Assembly (NCBI GenBank): GCA_015206805.1
Contig: JADEZP010000001.1
Coordinates: forward strand, 219-64,218
Length of the DNA stretch: 64,000 nt
Direction of reading: 5' to 3'
DNA from: Quinella sp. 1Q7
Lineage (GTDB): Bacteria > Bacillota > Negativicutes > Selenomonadales > Selenomonadaceae
Shown: in pieces, positions 1-7,425 of the stretch
Position numbering within the stretch: the stretch's first letter is position 1
Layout: each line of letters starts with the position of its first letter
Made by a program: the position numbers and the translations under genes
Notes under the pieces: generated by a model
What the model saw: only the letters and a program-made list of their open reading frames with translations
Told to the model about the DNA's origin: nothing
The model's database searches: none

Positions 1-152
1 CCTGTTCTAAACATCAAAGTTATCGAAACGTTCGTGCGACGCCGCAACCGTCACGGACAACGCGCCGACCGTCGCGCTTGCAAACGACTTTGACGGTTGA
101 TATACTTGCCGCAATTTGAACAACGCTTAATCGGGAGTGTGACGTTATACAA

Positions 153-1769
153 GTGAACAGCAAGAAATTATTTTGGGCGCGAATGTTGGCGTGCGTGCTT
201 ATGTGTCTGCTGACGCTGTGCACGGCGACAAACGATTGCGCGGCGCGAAAAAAAGTCGTGCGCGAAAAAATTTTGTACATTCCGCACGACAGCCGACCAA
301 TCGTCACGCGACAGACAACGGAGATCCTCGAAAAAGCGGGCATACAAATTGTCACGCCGCCCGAAGAACTTTTGGGCAACCGCGAAAATTTGGGCGACCC
401 CGATTTGCTGTGGGATTGGCTCAACAAAAACGCGACTAAAGATTTGACGGCGGCGGTCATTTCGTCGGACGCCCTGCTTTACGGCAGTTTGGTCGGCTCA
501 CGCAAGCACGACTTCGACGGCGACGAAATTTTGGCGCGGACGGATTTGTTCGCCGAATTCCGCCGCAAGCATAAAAAATTGCCGCTGTACGTCTTCGGCT
601 CGGTAATGCGCACGCCGCGCACGGGCTTGGCTTCGGGCTACGAAGAGCCGGATTATTATCACTACTACGGCACGAACATTTTCCGCCTGACGGAGCTCAT
701 GGATAAGCAGGAGCTCGAAGGTCTCACGCCGCGCGAAATTAAAGAATTCAACTTCCTGCAACGGCTCATTCCGACGCGGGCGATTGAGGACTGGATGGGT
801 CGGCGCGAAAAAAATTTTTCCGCCAACAAAAAACTAATCGACTGCGCCCGCAACAAGACGTTCGATTATCTCCTGCTCGGTCGCGACGACAACGCGCCCT
901 ACTCCCAAACGCACAACGAAGGTCGCAAACTTTCGGAATACGGTCGCAAGCTCGGCACCGACAAATATCTGACGACGGCGGGCATTGACGAAATCGGGCT
1001 TGTACTTTTGACGCGGGCGGCTAACGAACACGCCAAAACTTCCCCGAAAGTTTTCGTCAAGTACAACTGGGGACGCGGCGCGCGAACAATTCCGTCGTAT
1101 TCCGACGAGGCGATTGACACTTCGATTCACGCGGCAATTACGGCGGCGGGCGCGACACTTACCGACGACGAGGCGGACGCGGACTTTATACTTGCCGTCA
1201 ACACGAATCCTTCGGGCGAAACTTACGAGGCGGACAACGACATTAACGACGGCACTTCACGCGACGGCACGCGCTTTTTCGTCGACATGGTCGAAGATTA
1301 CGTCGACGCGGGGCGCAAAGTTATCGTCGCGGATGTCGCCTTCGCAAACGGCTCGGATAACGCGCTGATGGAGCAACTTCGCCGACGCGCTCTGCTGTTC
1401 AAGTTGAACGCTTACGGCGGCTGGAACACCCCGACGAATTCTTCGGGCTTCGCGTTGAGCACGGGACTGCTTACCCCGCGCATGAAGGACGCCGCCGTTG
1501 ACGAACTGCTTTTGCGCCGTTATCTGGACGATTGGGCTTATCAGGCGAACGTTCGCAAAATTGGCGCGGCTCAACTCAACTGGATTGCCGGTGACGGTCG
1601 CTACGAGTCGCTTGACGATAAACGCGACGCCGCCGCCGACAACTGCGCAATGTTGCTGAAGGCGTTCGCGCGCAGGAATTTGCCTGCCTTCACGGGCAAC
1701 GACGATATCCGCGTGCGCTTCCCGTGGAACCGTATGTTCGAGGCTGACATTTCAATCGGCAACAGATAA
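153..1769 (+). CDS. DUF4127-like protein with hydrophobic signal-like N-terminus
   Basis: 538-aa ORF with a GTG start. N-terminal hydrophobic segment MLACVLMCLLTLCTA. Motifs LYIPHDSRP, GRDDNAPYSQTH and AYGGWNTPTNSSGFAL resemble DUF4127 family proteins from memory. No search run. Confidence 0.5.
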   Translation: MNSKKLFWARMLACVLMCLLTLCTATNDCAARKKVVREKILYIPHDSRPIVTRQTTEILEKAGIQIVTPPEELLGNRENLGDPDLLWDWLNKNATKDLTAAVISSDALLYGSLVGSRKHDFDGDEILARTDLFAEFRRKHKKLPLYVFGSVMRTPRTGLASGYEEPDYYHYYGTNIFRLTELMDKQELEGLTPREIKEFNFLQRLIPTRAIEDWMGRREKNFSANKKLIDCARNKTFDYLLLGRDDNAPYSQTHNEGRKLSEYGRKLGTDKYLTTAGIDEIGLVLLTRAANEHAKTSPKVFVKYNWGRGARTIPSYSDEAIDTSIHAAITAAGATLTDDEADADFILAVNTNPSGETYEADNDINDGTSRDGTRFFVDMVEDYVDAGRKVIVADVAFANGSDNALMEQLRRRALLFKLNAYGGWNTPTNSSGFALSTGLLTPRMKDAAVDELLLRRYLDDWAYQANVRKIGAAQLNWIAGDGRYESLDDKRDAAADNCAMLLKAFARRNLPAFTGNDDIRVRFPWNRMFEADISIGNR

Positions 1770-1802
1770 AAATTGCCCCGACGTTGTGCCATGGCTTTTT
1801 AA

Positions 1803-1831
1803 TTGAAAATTTTTGTTCCACGCTGTAAAAT
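1803..1831 (+). promoter_or_regulatory. sigma70-like promoter (TTGAAA-17 nt-TAAAAT)
   Basis: TTGAAA at 1803-1808, exactly 17-nt spacer, TAAAAT at 1826-1831. Lies about 55 nt upstream of the 33-codon ORF. Confidence 0.55.
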
Positions 1832-1885
1832 ATGCCTGTCGTTATCCGACCCCGAACCCAAAGTTCAAGAAAGGGGGGATATGCG

Positions 1886-1987
1886 ATGGGTGAGCTTTAC
1901 GACCTTATAAAGAGAATCGTCGCGAATGTCATTGCACGTTTCGTGTACGAGTTGCTCAAGTACCTCTTCGAGGATGACGACACTTGA
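1886..1987 (+). CDS. 33-aa amphipathic peptide of unknown function
   Basis: ATG at 1886, 7 nt after SD AAGGGGGG (1871-1878). Translation is MGELYDLIKRIVANVIARFVYELLKYLFEDDDT, stop 1985-1987. Flanked by a near-consensus promoter and a strong terminator. Too short for the supplied ORF track. Confidence 0.45.
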   Translation: MGELYDLIKRIVANVIARFVYELLKYLFEDDDT

Positions 1988-2017
1988 GCCCCTGAATTGC
2001 GCTTTTAGATAGCGCAA

Positions 2018-2060
2018 CCCCCGAGAGTCTGTGACCAGCAGACATGCTCGGGGGTTTTTG
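2018..2060 (+). terminator. rho-independent terminator
   Basis: CCCCCGAG (2018-2025) pairs with CTCGGGGG (2047-2054), with an inner GTCTG/CAGAC stem, followed by TTTTTG. A smaller hairpin TTGCGCT/AGCGCAA lies just upstream. Confidence 0.7.
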
Positions 2061-2131
2061 TTTGCGCTTGGATACGCGATGGGTGATTTTCGTAGTTTCC
2101 TTTGTGCATTATATCAGCCGCGAAAAATTTT

Positions 2132-2794
2132 TCAAGTGCCGAAGTCGACGCTCGGCAAATTTTCCACAATCTCCAGCGTCCGCAAGCTGACCGTGATACT
2201 GCTCAATATCAAGTTCAAAATGTAGCGCGGATTGCCGTGCTCAATGCCCCACGCGTTCGCGTCGTTGACAATGCCGCTCGCCTTGTCGGTCTTGACGCGG
2301 TAACGGTCGATTATCCATTCAAGCGGACTGCGCCCGTTGACGACATAATCAAACGCTTGCGGCGGGATGTTGCGTATCTTGATGTGGCGGTTGTAAATCA
2401 GCGTCGTGCGGTCGTCCTTGGCAAAACGCAACTTGTCGACGCGGAAGTCGCCGTGCTCCGTGCCGATAACTTCAACGTCGGCGGGCGGCTGTGATTCGTA
2501 GTGCAAATGAATATTGGCAAGCTGACGACCTGCGCGGCTCAACTGCCAAAATTTTTCCGCGTCGGCAACCAAAATGATTCGCGTCAAAGATTTCTTCAGC
2601 TCGTTGGCAAAGCGTTCGCGGTAGCTCGGCAGGTGCAAAAATCCGTACACGTAATAGAACACGTCCTCGCGCTCAACGTCGTCGTAAAGTTCGCGGGCAC
2701 GTTGCAATACAAGACCGCTCACGCCGCTCAAGTCGCCGCCAACGAGATCCGCAACTTCCGCAAAACTTACGGCGGTGCGGCTTGCCTGCCTCAT
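2132..2794 (-). pseudogene. C-terminal remnant of a type ISP / Eco57I-like restriction-modification enzyme
   Basis: The last ~215 aa of the 2132..3292 minus ORF contain EDVFYYVYGFLHLPSYRERFANELKKSLTRI, AGRQLANIHLHYE, YVVNGRSPLEWIIDRYRVKTDKASGIVNDAN and NLILSSITVSLRTLEIV. This is the typical C-terminal domain of type ISP RM enzymes. The helicase, methylase and nuclease parts are absent. Upstream of ~2794 the ORF is only antisense read-through. Confidence 0.65.
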
Positions 2795-2824
2795 AAGGAC
2801 TTCGACCCCGCTGACTTCGATACC

Positions 2825-3442
2825 ATGTTCAACGACAACGACCTTGACTTCAGCGGCGAAGGAAAAACCATCATTATTGACGAGCCGCCGACTGACCCGT
2901 TGACCGCCGCGCAAGCCGAATACGACGCCGCACGCGCCGCCTCGCAAGCCGCCACTCAAGCCGTCATTGACGCCGATAACGTCCTGCGCCACGCTAAGGA
3001 GCTCGAATATCAAGCCGCCGAACGTGAGTCCGCCGCCTTCTTCAAGCTCGGCAACCTCAAGCGGGAAATCACTGACACCGTCGACCGCCTCAATGCCGCC
3101 GCGCCCGAAGGTTGGAGCGTCGTCCCTGACCCCGACAATAAAAAATTCTTCGTCAAGACGGGCGGTAAATCCGTCGCCGAAATCGATAGCCTCGCCCTCG
3201 CTAAGGTCTTGCCGCCCGATAAATTCTTCGCACGTTTCACGCCGCTGACTGACGACGAGCCGAACCAACGCTACGCCGACCAACTTTATCAAGAATACCT
3301 TGAGCTCCTCGATATGCGCGACAATCTGTCCGACGACCCCGAACGACTCAAAGTCATTGACGGGCTTATCAGAGACCTTGAACGCGAAATGCTTGCCGCA
3401 CGTCTCGACTTGCCTACATCAACTCCGACCTCCGCCTGCTAG
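2825..3442 (+). CDS. hypothetical acidic coiled-coil protein, possibly 5'-truncated
   Basis: Protein-like translation from ATG 2825 (MFNDNDLDFSGEGKTIIIDEPPTD...LIRDLEREMLAARLDL), ending at a terminator. No convincing SD. The ORF upstream of 2825 is antisense to the RM remnant. Confidence 0.4.
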   Translation: MFNDNDLDFSGEGKTIIIDEPPTDPLTAAQAEYDAARAASQAATQAVIDADNVLRHAKELEYQAAERESAAFFKLGNLKREITDTVDRLNAAAPEGWSVVPDPDNKKFFVKTGGKSVAEIDSLALAKVLPPDKFFARFTPLTDDEPNQRYADQLYQEYLELLDMRDNLSDDPERLKVIDGLIRDLEREMLAARLDLPTSTPTSAC

Positions 3443-3460
3443 ACGTAAATCGTACCTCAC

Positions 3461-3486
3461 GCCGCTCCGAACGGGGCGGTTTTTTA
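3461..3486 (+). terminator. rho-independent terminator
   Basis: GCCGCTCC-GAAC-GGGGCGGT hairpin followed by TTTTTAT. Overlaps the stop of the minus-strand 36-aa ORF. Confidence 0.55.
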
Positions 3487-3594
3487 TGGTTTAAACAGCC
3501 AAATCATTACGCCGACATAAATCGCAAACATTAAACCAGTTCCAATGTCCTGACCCGTGATTGTCAGCGTTGGGATTGTTATCGTTATACTCAT
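3484..3594 (-). CDS. 36-aa single-pass membrane peptide (cassette-boundary peptide, copy 1)
   Basis: GGAGG SD 4 nt before the ATG (3592-3594). Translation is MSITITIPTLTITGQDIGTGLMFAIYVGVMIWLFKP. A near-identical paralogue lies at 4908-5018. Below the ORF-track length cut-off. Confidence 0.5.
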   Translation of the reverse strand: MSITITIPTLTITGQDIGTGLMFAIYVGVMIWLFKP

Positions 3595-3607
3595 GGTGCC
3601 TCCTCAC

Positions 3608-3832
3608 TCAAAGTTTCGGTTTATTCGGCAATTCGTATTTATCGAACAGTGCCAAAAGTCGCCGCTTGTATTCTTCATGAACAGGCGCATAAGCTTCACG
3701 ATTGGTATCCAAACCTTGAATTGCTCCTTCCAACGCCAATTGCCGGCTTATTTTTTCCGCTTCGTCGTTAGACCATTTTATCAATGCTCGATATTCTTCA
3801 TTTGCTTTTCGCCAACGTTCTTCCAACGTCAT
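3608..3832 (-). CDS. putative immunity protein 1 of the MuF-type toxin cassette
   Basis: 74 aa from MTLEERW. The ATG overlaps the toxin stop as ATGA. The AGGAG SD sits inside the toxin GYRRW codons. Homologous to the 79-aa ORF at 5100-5339 (shared W-S..E.E.I, GLD.N.E.YA, FDKY.LP). Confidence 0.6.
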   Translation of the reverse strand: MTLEERWRKANEEYRALIKWSNDEAEKISRQLALEGAIQGLDTNREAYAPVHEEYKRRLLALFDKYELPNKPKL

Positions 3833-4878
3833 CGCAACCATCTCCTGTAACCAAAGCCTTTCGTCAACGCAAAATCTACAACTTGCCCGTGTCTGAAGGT
3901 ATATTCGTCGGCATTTTCTAACGTTACAATGTTGTCTATATCTTCGGAATTACGATTGAGTTCATAGATAAATCGTTCGTCAATGCCGCGAAGTTGCTCC
4001 AAATTGAAACGAGTAAACAATCGGCAATCTGACTCACTGAAAGTATATTCATTATCAGAGCCGACGGGGTGGTTATGCGTGACGATTGCTCCGTATAATT
4101 CATCACCGAGCTCTTCAATGGTCGGGAGCGTGTTTAAATCACCCGAACAATGATAAATATCACCGCGTCGAGTAATTATGACGGCGTGCTCAACGGGTGC
4201 CGTGACAATTTGCGCCTCGTAATGTTCCAAAGTTTTTTGAATAGCATTCGCCGTGACATTTTCGAGTTTGCCGATTAATTTTGGCGGAGTGCCCTGCGTG
4301 ACCGTCAGATTGATATTACCCGCCGCCAAACCAACTTTACCACCCGACGCCGCAGTAGGCAAGCGACCTGCCGACAAGTCGTCAATGACTTGTCGACCGC
4401 GCTGTCGTAACGGCGATTGCTCGTCGGCTTGACGTCGCGCGTCGAATTCCGCACGCCACGTATCAAGCGACTTCGTCTTGTCGATGTAAATTGCTTTCCA
4501 GTCGCGATAGCTCATATCGGCGGGCACGCGTCGGTAATGGTCGACGACTTCGCCGTTACTTAGCGTGATTTTTACTTTGGTGCCGTTGACTTCGCCGAAC
4601 GGTGTTTTGATTTTTTTGTCGCCCGATTCGTCAGCATCGAGACTGACTGATTTGCCCTTGACGCTGTCGCCGAAATCACGGGCGGCGCGTGTACCGTATT
4701 GGAGCCCGTCATAGGCGACGATAGTACAGCGGCAACGGGCATGCATTGGCGGAGCGTTCTCGCCCTGATTCATTTCCGACAACTTGTAAACTTCGCCGTC
4801 ACGTTCGCCGCAACGAGCGCACGTCCGACGATCCAACGTCGCCATAAATTGGTAGTGCGTGAATTCGGCTGTGCGCAT
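3829..4878 (-). CDS. 5'-truncated Phage_Mu_F (SPP1 gp7-like) C-terminal remnant fused to a putative toxin CT domain with a RadC/JAB-like HNHP motif
   Basis: 349-aa ORF. ATLDRRTCARCGERDGEVY...PPMHARCRCT is the C-terminal signature of MuF head-morphogenesis proteins. It is followed by a linker and a ~150-aa CT with E..(~40 aa)..THNHPVGSDNEYTFSESD. No SD at the start, and the N-terminal bulk of the MuF domain is missing. Confidence 0.65.
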   Translation of the reverse strand: MRTAEFTHYQFMATLDRRTCARCGERDGEVYKLSEMNQGENAPPMHARCRCTIVAYDGLQYGTRAARDFGDSVKGKSVSLDADESGDKKIKTPFGEVNGTKVKITLSNGEVVDHYRRVPADMSYRDWKAIYIDKTKSLDTWRAEFDARRQADEQSPLRQRGRQVIDDLSAGRLPTAASGGKVGLAAGNINLTVTQGTPPKLIGKLENVTANAIQKTLEHYEAQIVTAPVEHAVIITRRGDIYHCSGDLNTLPTIEELGDELYGAIVTHNHPVGSDNEYTFSESDCRLFTRFNLEQLRGIDERFIYELNRNSEDIDNIVTLENADEYTFRHGQVVDFALTKGFGYRRWLR

Positions 4879-4907
4879 TGCGTCGGCACTGGCGCGATTT
4901 TTTTCGC

Positions 4908-5018
4908 TTACCGTTTAAATAACCAAACCATCAGACCAACATACAACGCGAACATTAAAGTCGCTCCAATGTCCTGACCCGTGATTGTCAACGTCGGGAT
5001 TGTTATCGTTATACTCAT
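4908..5018 (-). CDS. 36-aa single-pass membrane peptide (cassette-boundary peptide, copy 2)
   Basis: GGAGG SD. Translation is MSITITIPTLTITGQDIGATLMFALYVGLMVWLFKR. DNA at 4930-5025 is nearly identical to 3505-3600. Confidence 0.5.
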   Translation of the reverse strand: MSITITIPTLTITGQDIGATLMFALYVGLMVWLFKR

Positions 5019-5099
5019 GGTGCCTCCAATAAAAAAAACGTCCTAAGGCGTTGTGATTGTATTTTTTGAAACAACATTAAACTCGAATGCACGTCAATA

Positions 5100-5339
5100 C
5101 TACCACAGCTTTAATCTTGTGTCGGGTGGCAAACCGTACTTATCGAAAATATTTTTCATTAGTGTGTTGACTTTTTTATTGTGTGACGCATAAATTTCCG
5201 AGTTGCCATCAAGACCGGGTGTAAGCTTTCCTAAACGCTTAAGTTCCGTTGTAATTCTTTCCTCTTCTTTGATACTCCAATCCAACAAGTCACGAATTTC
5301 TTTTACCGCGTTTACTTTACGTTTTTCTAAATCATTCAT
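5100..5339 (-). CDS. putative immunity protein 2 (orphan cassette)
   Basis: 79 aa. AGGAG SD 8 nt upstream, within the toxin GYRRW codons. 8-nt overlap with the upstream CT ORF. Homologous to immunity protein 1. Confidence 0.55.
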   Translation of the reverse strand: MNDLEKRKVNAVKEIRDLLDWSIKEEERITTELKRLGKLTPGLDGNSEIYASHNKKVNTLMKNIFDKYGLPPDTRLKLW

Positions 5340-6050
5340 GTCGCCATCTCCTATAACCGAATCCCAAAAATCGTGCCAGTTGTATATTTCTCAAGTGGCT
5401 ATTGGTAAACGTTTCTTCATCTCCTGCAACAACATCGTCTTCGCTGTCCAAGAACGCAGAATTACGATTTAATTCATATATAAATTTTTCGTCAATGCCG
5501 CGAAGTCGCGCCAATTTATAATTTTCAAATAAATACCTGTCTTTCAGGCTGAAAGAGTAGTCGTTGTCCGATCCGATAGGATGATTGTGCGTGACGATTG
5601 CCCCACGCAATTTGTCACCAAGCTCAACAATCGTATCAAGGTCATTCAAAGTACCTGTGCAATGATAAATATCGCCGCTCCGAGTGATAATTATTGCGTT
5701 TTCAACGAGCTCTTTAACTATCAACGGCTCGTAATAATCAAGTACACGCTTGATTTGCGCGGCGTCTTTAAAATCAATGGAGCCCATGTAATAAGGCGAT
5801 ATGCCGCTTGCGCCTAGAGCACTTGCTTTATCTCCCGCCAACAAGCCAACTTTACCACCCGCCGTCGGCTTAGGCAACTGACCTGCGGCAAGTTTATCGA
5901 TAATCGCTCGACCGCGCTGACGTAACGGCGATATAGACCGCCTTCCAATCGCGATAGCTCATATCGGCGGGCACGCGTCTGTAACGGTCGACGACTTCGC
6001 CGTCATGTTCGCCGCAACGCGCGCACATCCGACGACTCAACGCCTTGCAT
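5332..6050 (-). pseudogene. orphan or decayed MuF-toxin copy: intact CT2 domain behind a deletion-riddled MuF remnant
   Basis: The 181-aa ORF (5332-5877) is about half identical by eye to the CT of the 349-aa protein, including THNHPIGSDNDYSFSLKD and GFGYRRW. Region 5878-6050 aligns to 4340-4878 with two internal deletions and loses the frame. Confidence 0.6.
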
Positions 6051-6070
6051 ACAAATTCCCGTAGTGCTAT

Positions 6071-6098
6071 GAAAAAAAGCCCCGACTTGTTGTCAAGG
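6071..6098 (-). terminator. rho-independent terminator of the aminotransferase gene
   Basis: On the minus strand, GCCUUGAC-AACAA-GUCGGGGC followed by U7 (plus-strand A7 at 6071-6077). Confidence 0.55.
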
Positions 6099-6118
6099 CT
6101 CGTTGTTGTTGATTGATG

Positions 6119-7249
6119 TCACGGCTTGAAACTTTTGATTATGGCGCAAATTTTTCGGACGTCGTCCGCAGTCAAACCGCCGTACATCGGCAAACTCAAG
6201 ACCTGCTGCCCGACAACATTGGCGACGGGCAAATTGGCTGGACTCGACGAATTCAACTGACGATAGCACGTGAACTCACTGCACAGCGGGTGAAAATATT
6301 TTCGGGCGTAAACGTTGTAATCGCGCAGTGCCGCACAGACATAATCCCGCGAACGTCCGAAAATTTTTTCGTCGAAGCGCACGACGTAATACTGATGATT
6401 CAGCTTGACATTCGCCGCGCACTTGGGCATGAGCGTCAAGCCGTCGACGCCCGAAAGTTCCTCGTCGTAAACCGCGTGCAGACGAATTCGCTTTTGACGT
6501 TCAGCCTCCACGTAGCCGAGCATGATTCGCCCGACAGCCGCGCGAATTTCGTCGAGCTTGCCGTTGATGCCGGGCATAACAACTTCGTCCTCGTTCTTGA
6601 TGCCGAAATTTTTCAGCAGGTCAATCCGTTGCTTGACGTGTTCGTCGTTCATGGTGAGCGCACCGCCTTCAAGCGTGTGATAAAGTTTCGTCGCGTGGAA
6701 GCTGAACATCGAAATATCGCCGAACGTGCCGATACCGCGCCCGCCAATTTCAACGCCGAACGCGTGCGCCGCGTCGTAAACAACCTTCAAGCCGTAGCGG
6801 TCGGCAACATCCCGAATCGTCGCAACGTCGCAGGGCGTGCCGAAGACGTGCACAGCCAAAATCGCGGTCGTATGCGGAGTTATCATCGACTCAATCTTTG
6901 CGGCGTCAATGTTCATTGTCTCGGCGTCAACGTCGCAAAAAATCGGAGTGATGTTGTTCCAGCTCAAGACGTGCGGCGTCGCGGCGAATGTGAACGGAGT
7001 CGTTATGACCTCGCCGCTCAAGCGCAAACTTTGGCACGCAACCATCAGCGCGATTGTCCCGTTGTTGAACAGCGATAAATTCGGCACGCGCAAAAATTCC
7101 GTGAGCTCGCGCTCAAGCATTGTGTGTTGCGGACCGTTGTTGGTGAGCCACTTCGCCGCCCAGATATCGCGCAATTTTTCCGTGACTTCCTCGATTGTCG
7201 GGAAGACGGGTCGCGTCACGTAAATTCTTTCGGTGAACGGTTCAAGCAT
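6119..7249 (-). CDS. DegT/DnrJ/EryC1/StrS family PLP-dependent sugar aminotransferase
   Basis: 376 aa. Typical family layout with NNGTIAL, DAAHAFG and the PLP-lysine context FSFHATKL. SD AGGAGG upstream of the ATG. Confidence 0.85.
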   Translation of the reverse strand: MLEPFTERIYVTRPVFPTIEEVTEKLRDIWAAKWLTNNGPQHTMLERELTEFLRVPNLSLFNNGTIALMVACQSLRLSGEVITTPFTFAATPHVLSWNNITPIFCDVDAETMNIDAAKIESMITPHTTAILAVHVFGTPCDVATIRDVADRYGLKVVYDAAHAFGVEIGGRGIGTFGDISMFSFHATKLYHTLEGGALTMNDEHVKQRIDLLKNFGIKNEDEVVMPGINGKLDEIRAAVGRIMLGYVEAERQKRIRLHAVYDEELSGVDGLTLMPKCAANVKLNHQYYVVRFDEKIFGRSRDYVCAALRDYNVYARKYFHPLCSEFTCYRQLNSSSPANLPVANVVGQQVLSLPMYGGLTADDVRKICAIIKSFKP

Positions 7250-7267
7250 GGTTGAGACCTCCTGCGT

Positions 7268-7425
7268 AAAAAATTTTAGTTGGCGGCTGACGGGACGGCG
7301 TGCGAATTCTGCAAACTTCAGGCGTCGTCAGTCGATTTGTCGGCAAAATTTTTTAGTCGGCAACTGACGGGACGGCGGACGAATTCCGCAAACTTCAGGC
7401 GTCGTCAGTCGATTTGTCCGCAGAA
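7268..7425. repeat. tandem duplication, 2 x ~77 bp
   Basis: CTGACGGGACGGCG.GCGAATTC.GCAAACTTCAGGCGTCGTCAGTCGATTTGTC.GCA.AATTTT occurs at 7287 and 7364 (period 77). The second copy contains the last ~30 nt and stop of the M48 peptidase gene. Confidence 0.85.

Noticed and set aside
20-460. 146-aa minus ORF at the window start.
   Set aside because: It overlaps the DUF4127-like gene and its upstream region in antisense. The sequence is low-complexity with no SD.
2795-3292. N-terminal 166 codons of the 386-aa minus ORF 2132..3292.
   Set aside because: Similarity to type ISP enzymes starts only near residue 170. The upstream part is G/V/E-rich read-through antisense to the more protein-like plus ORF 2825..3442.
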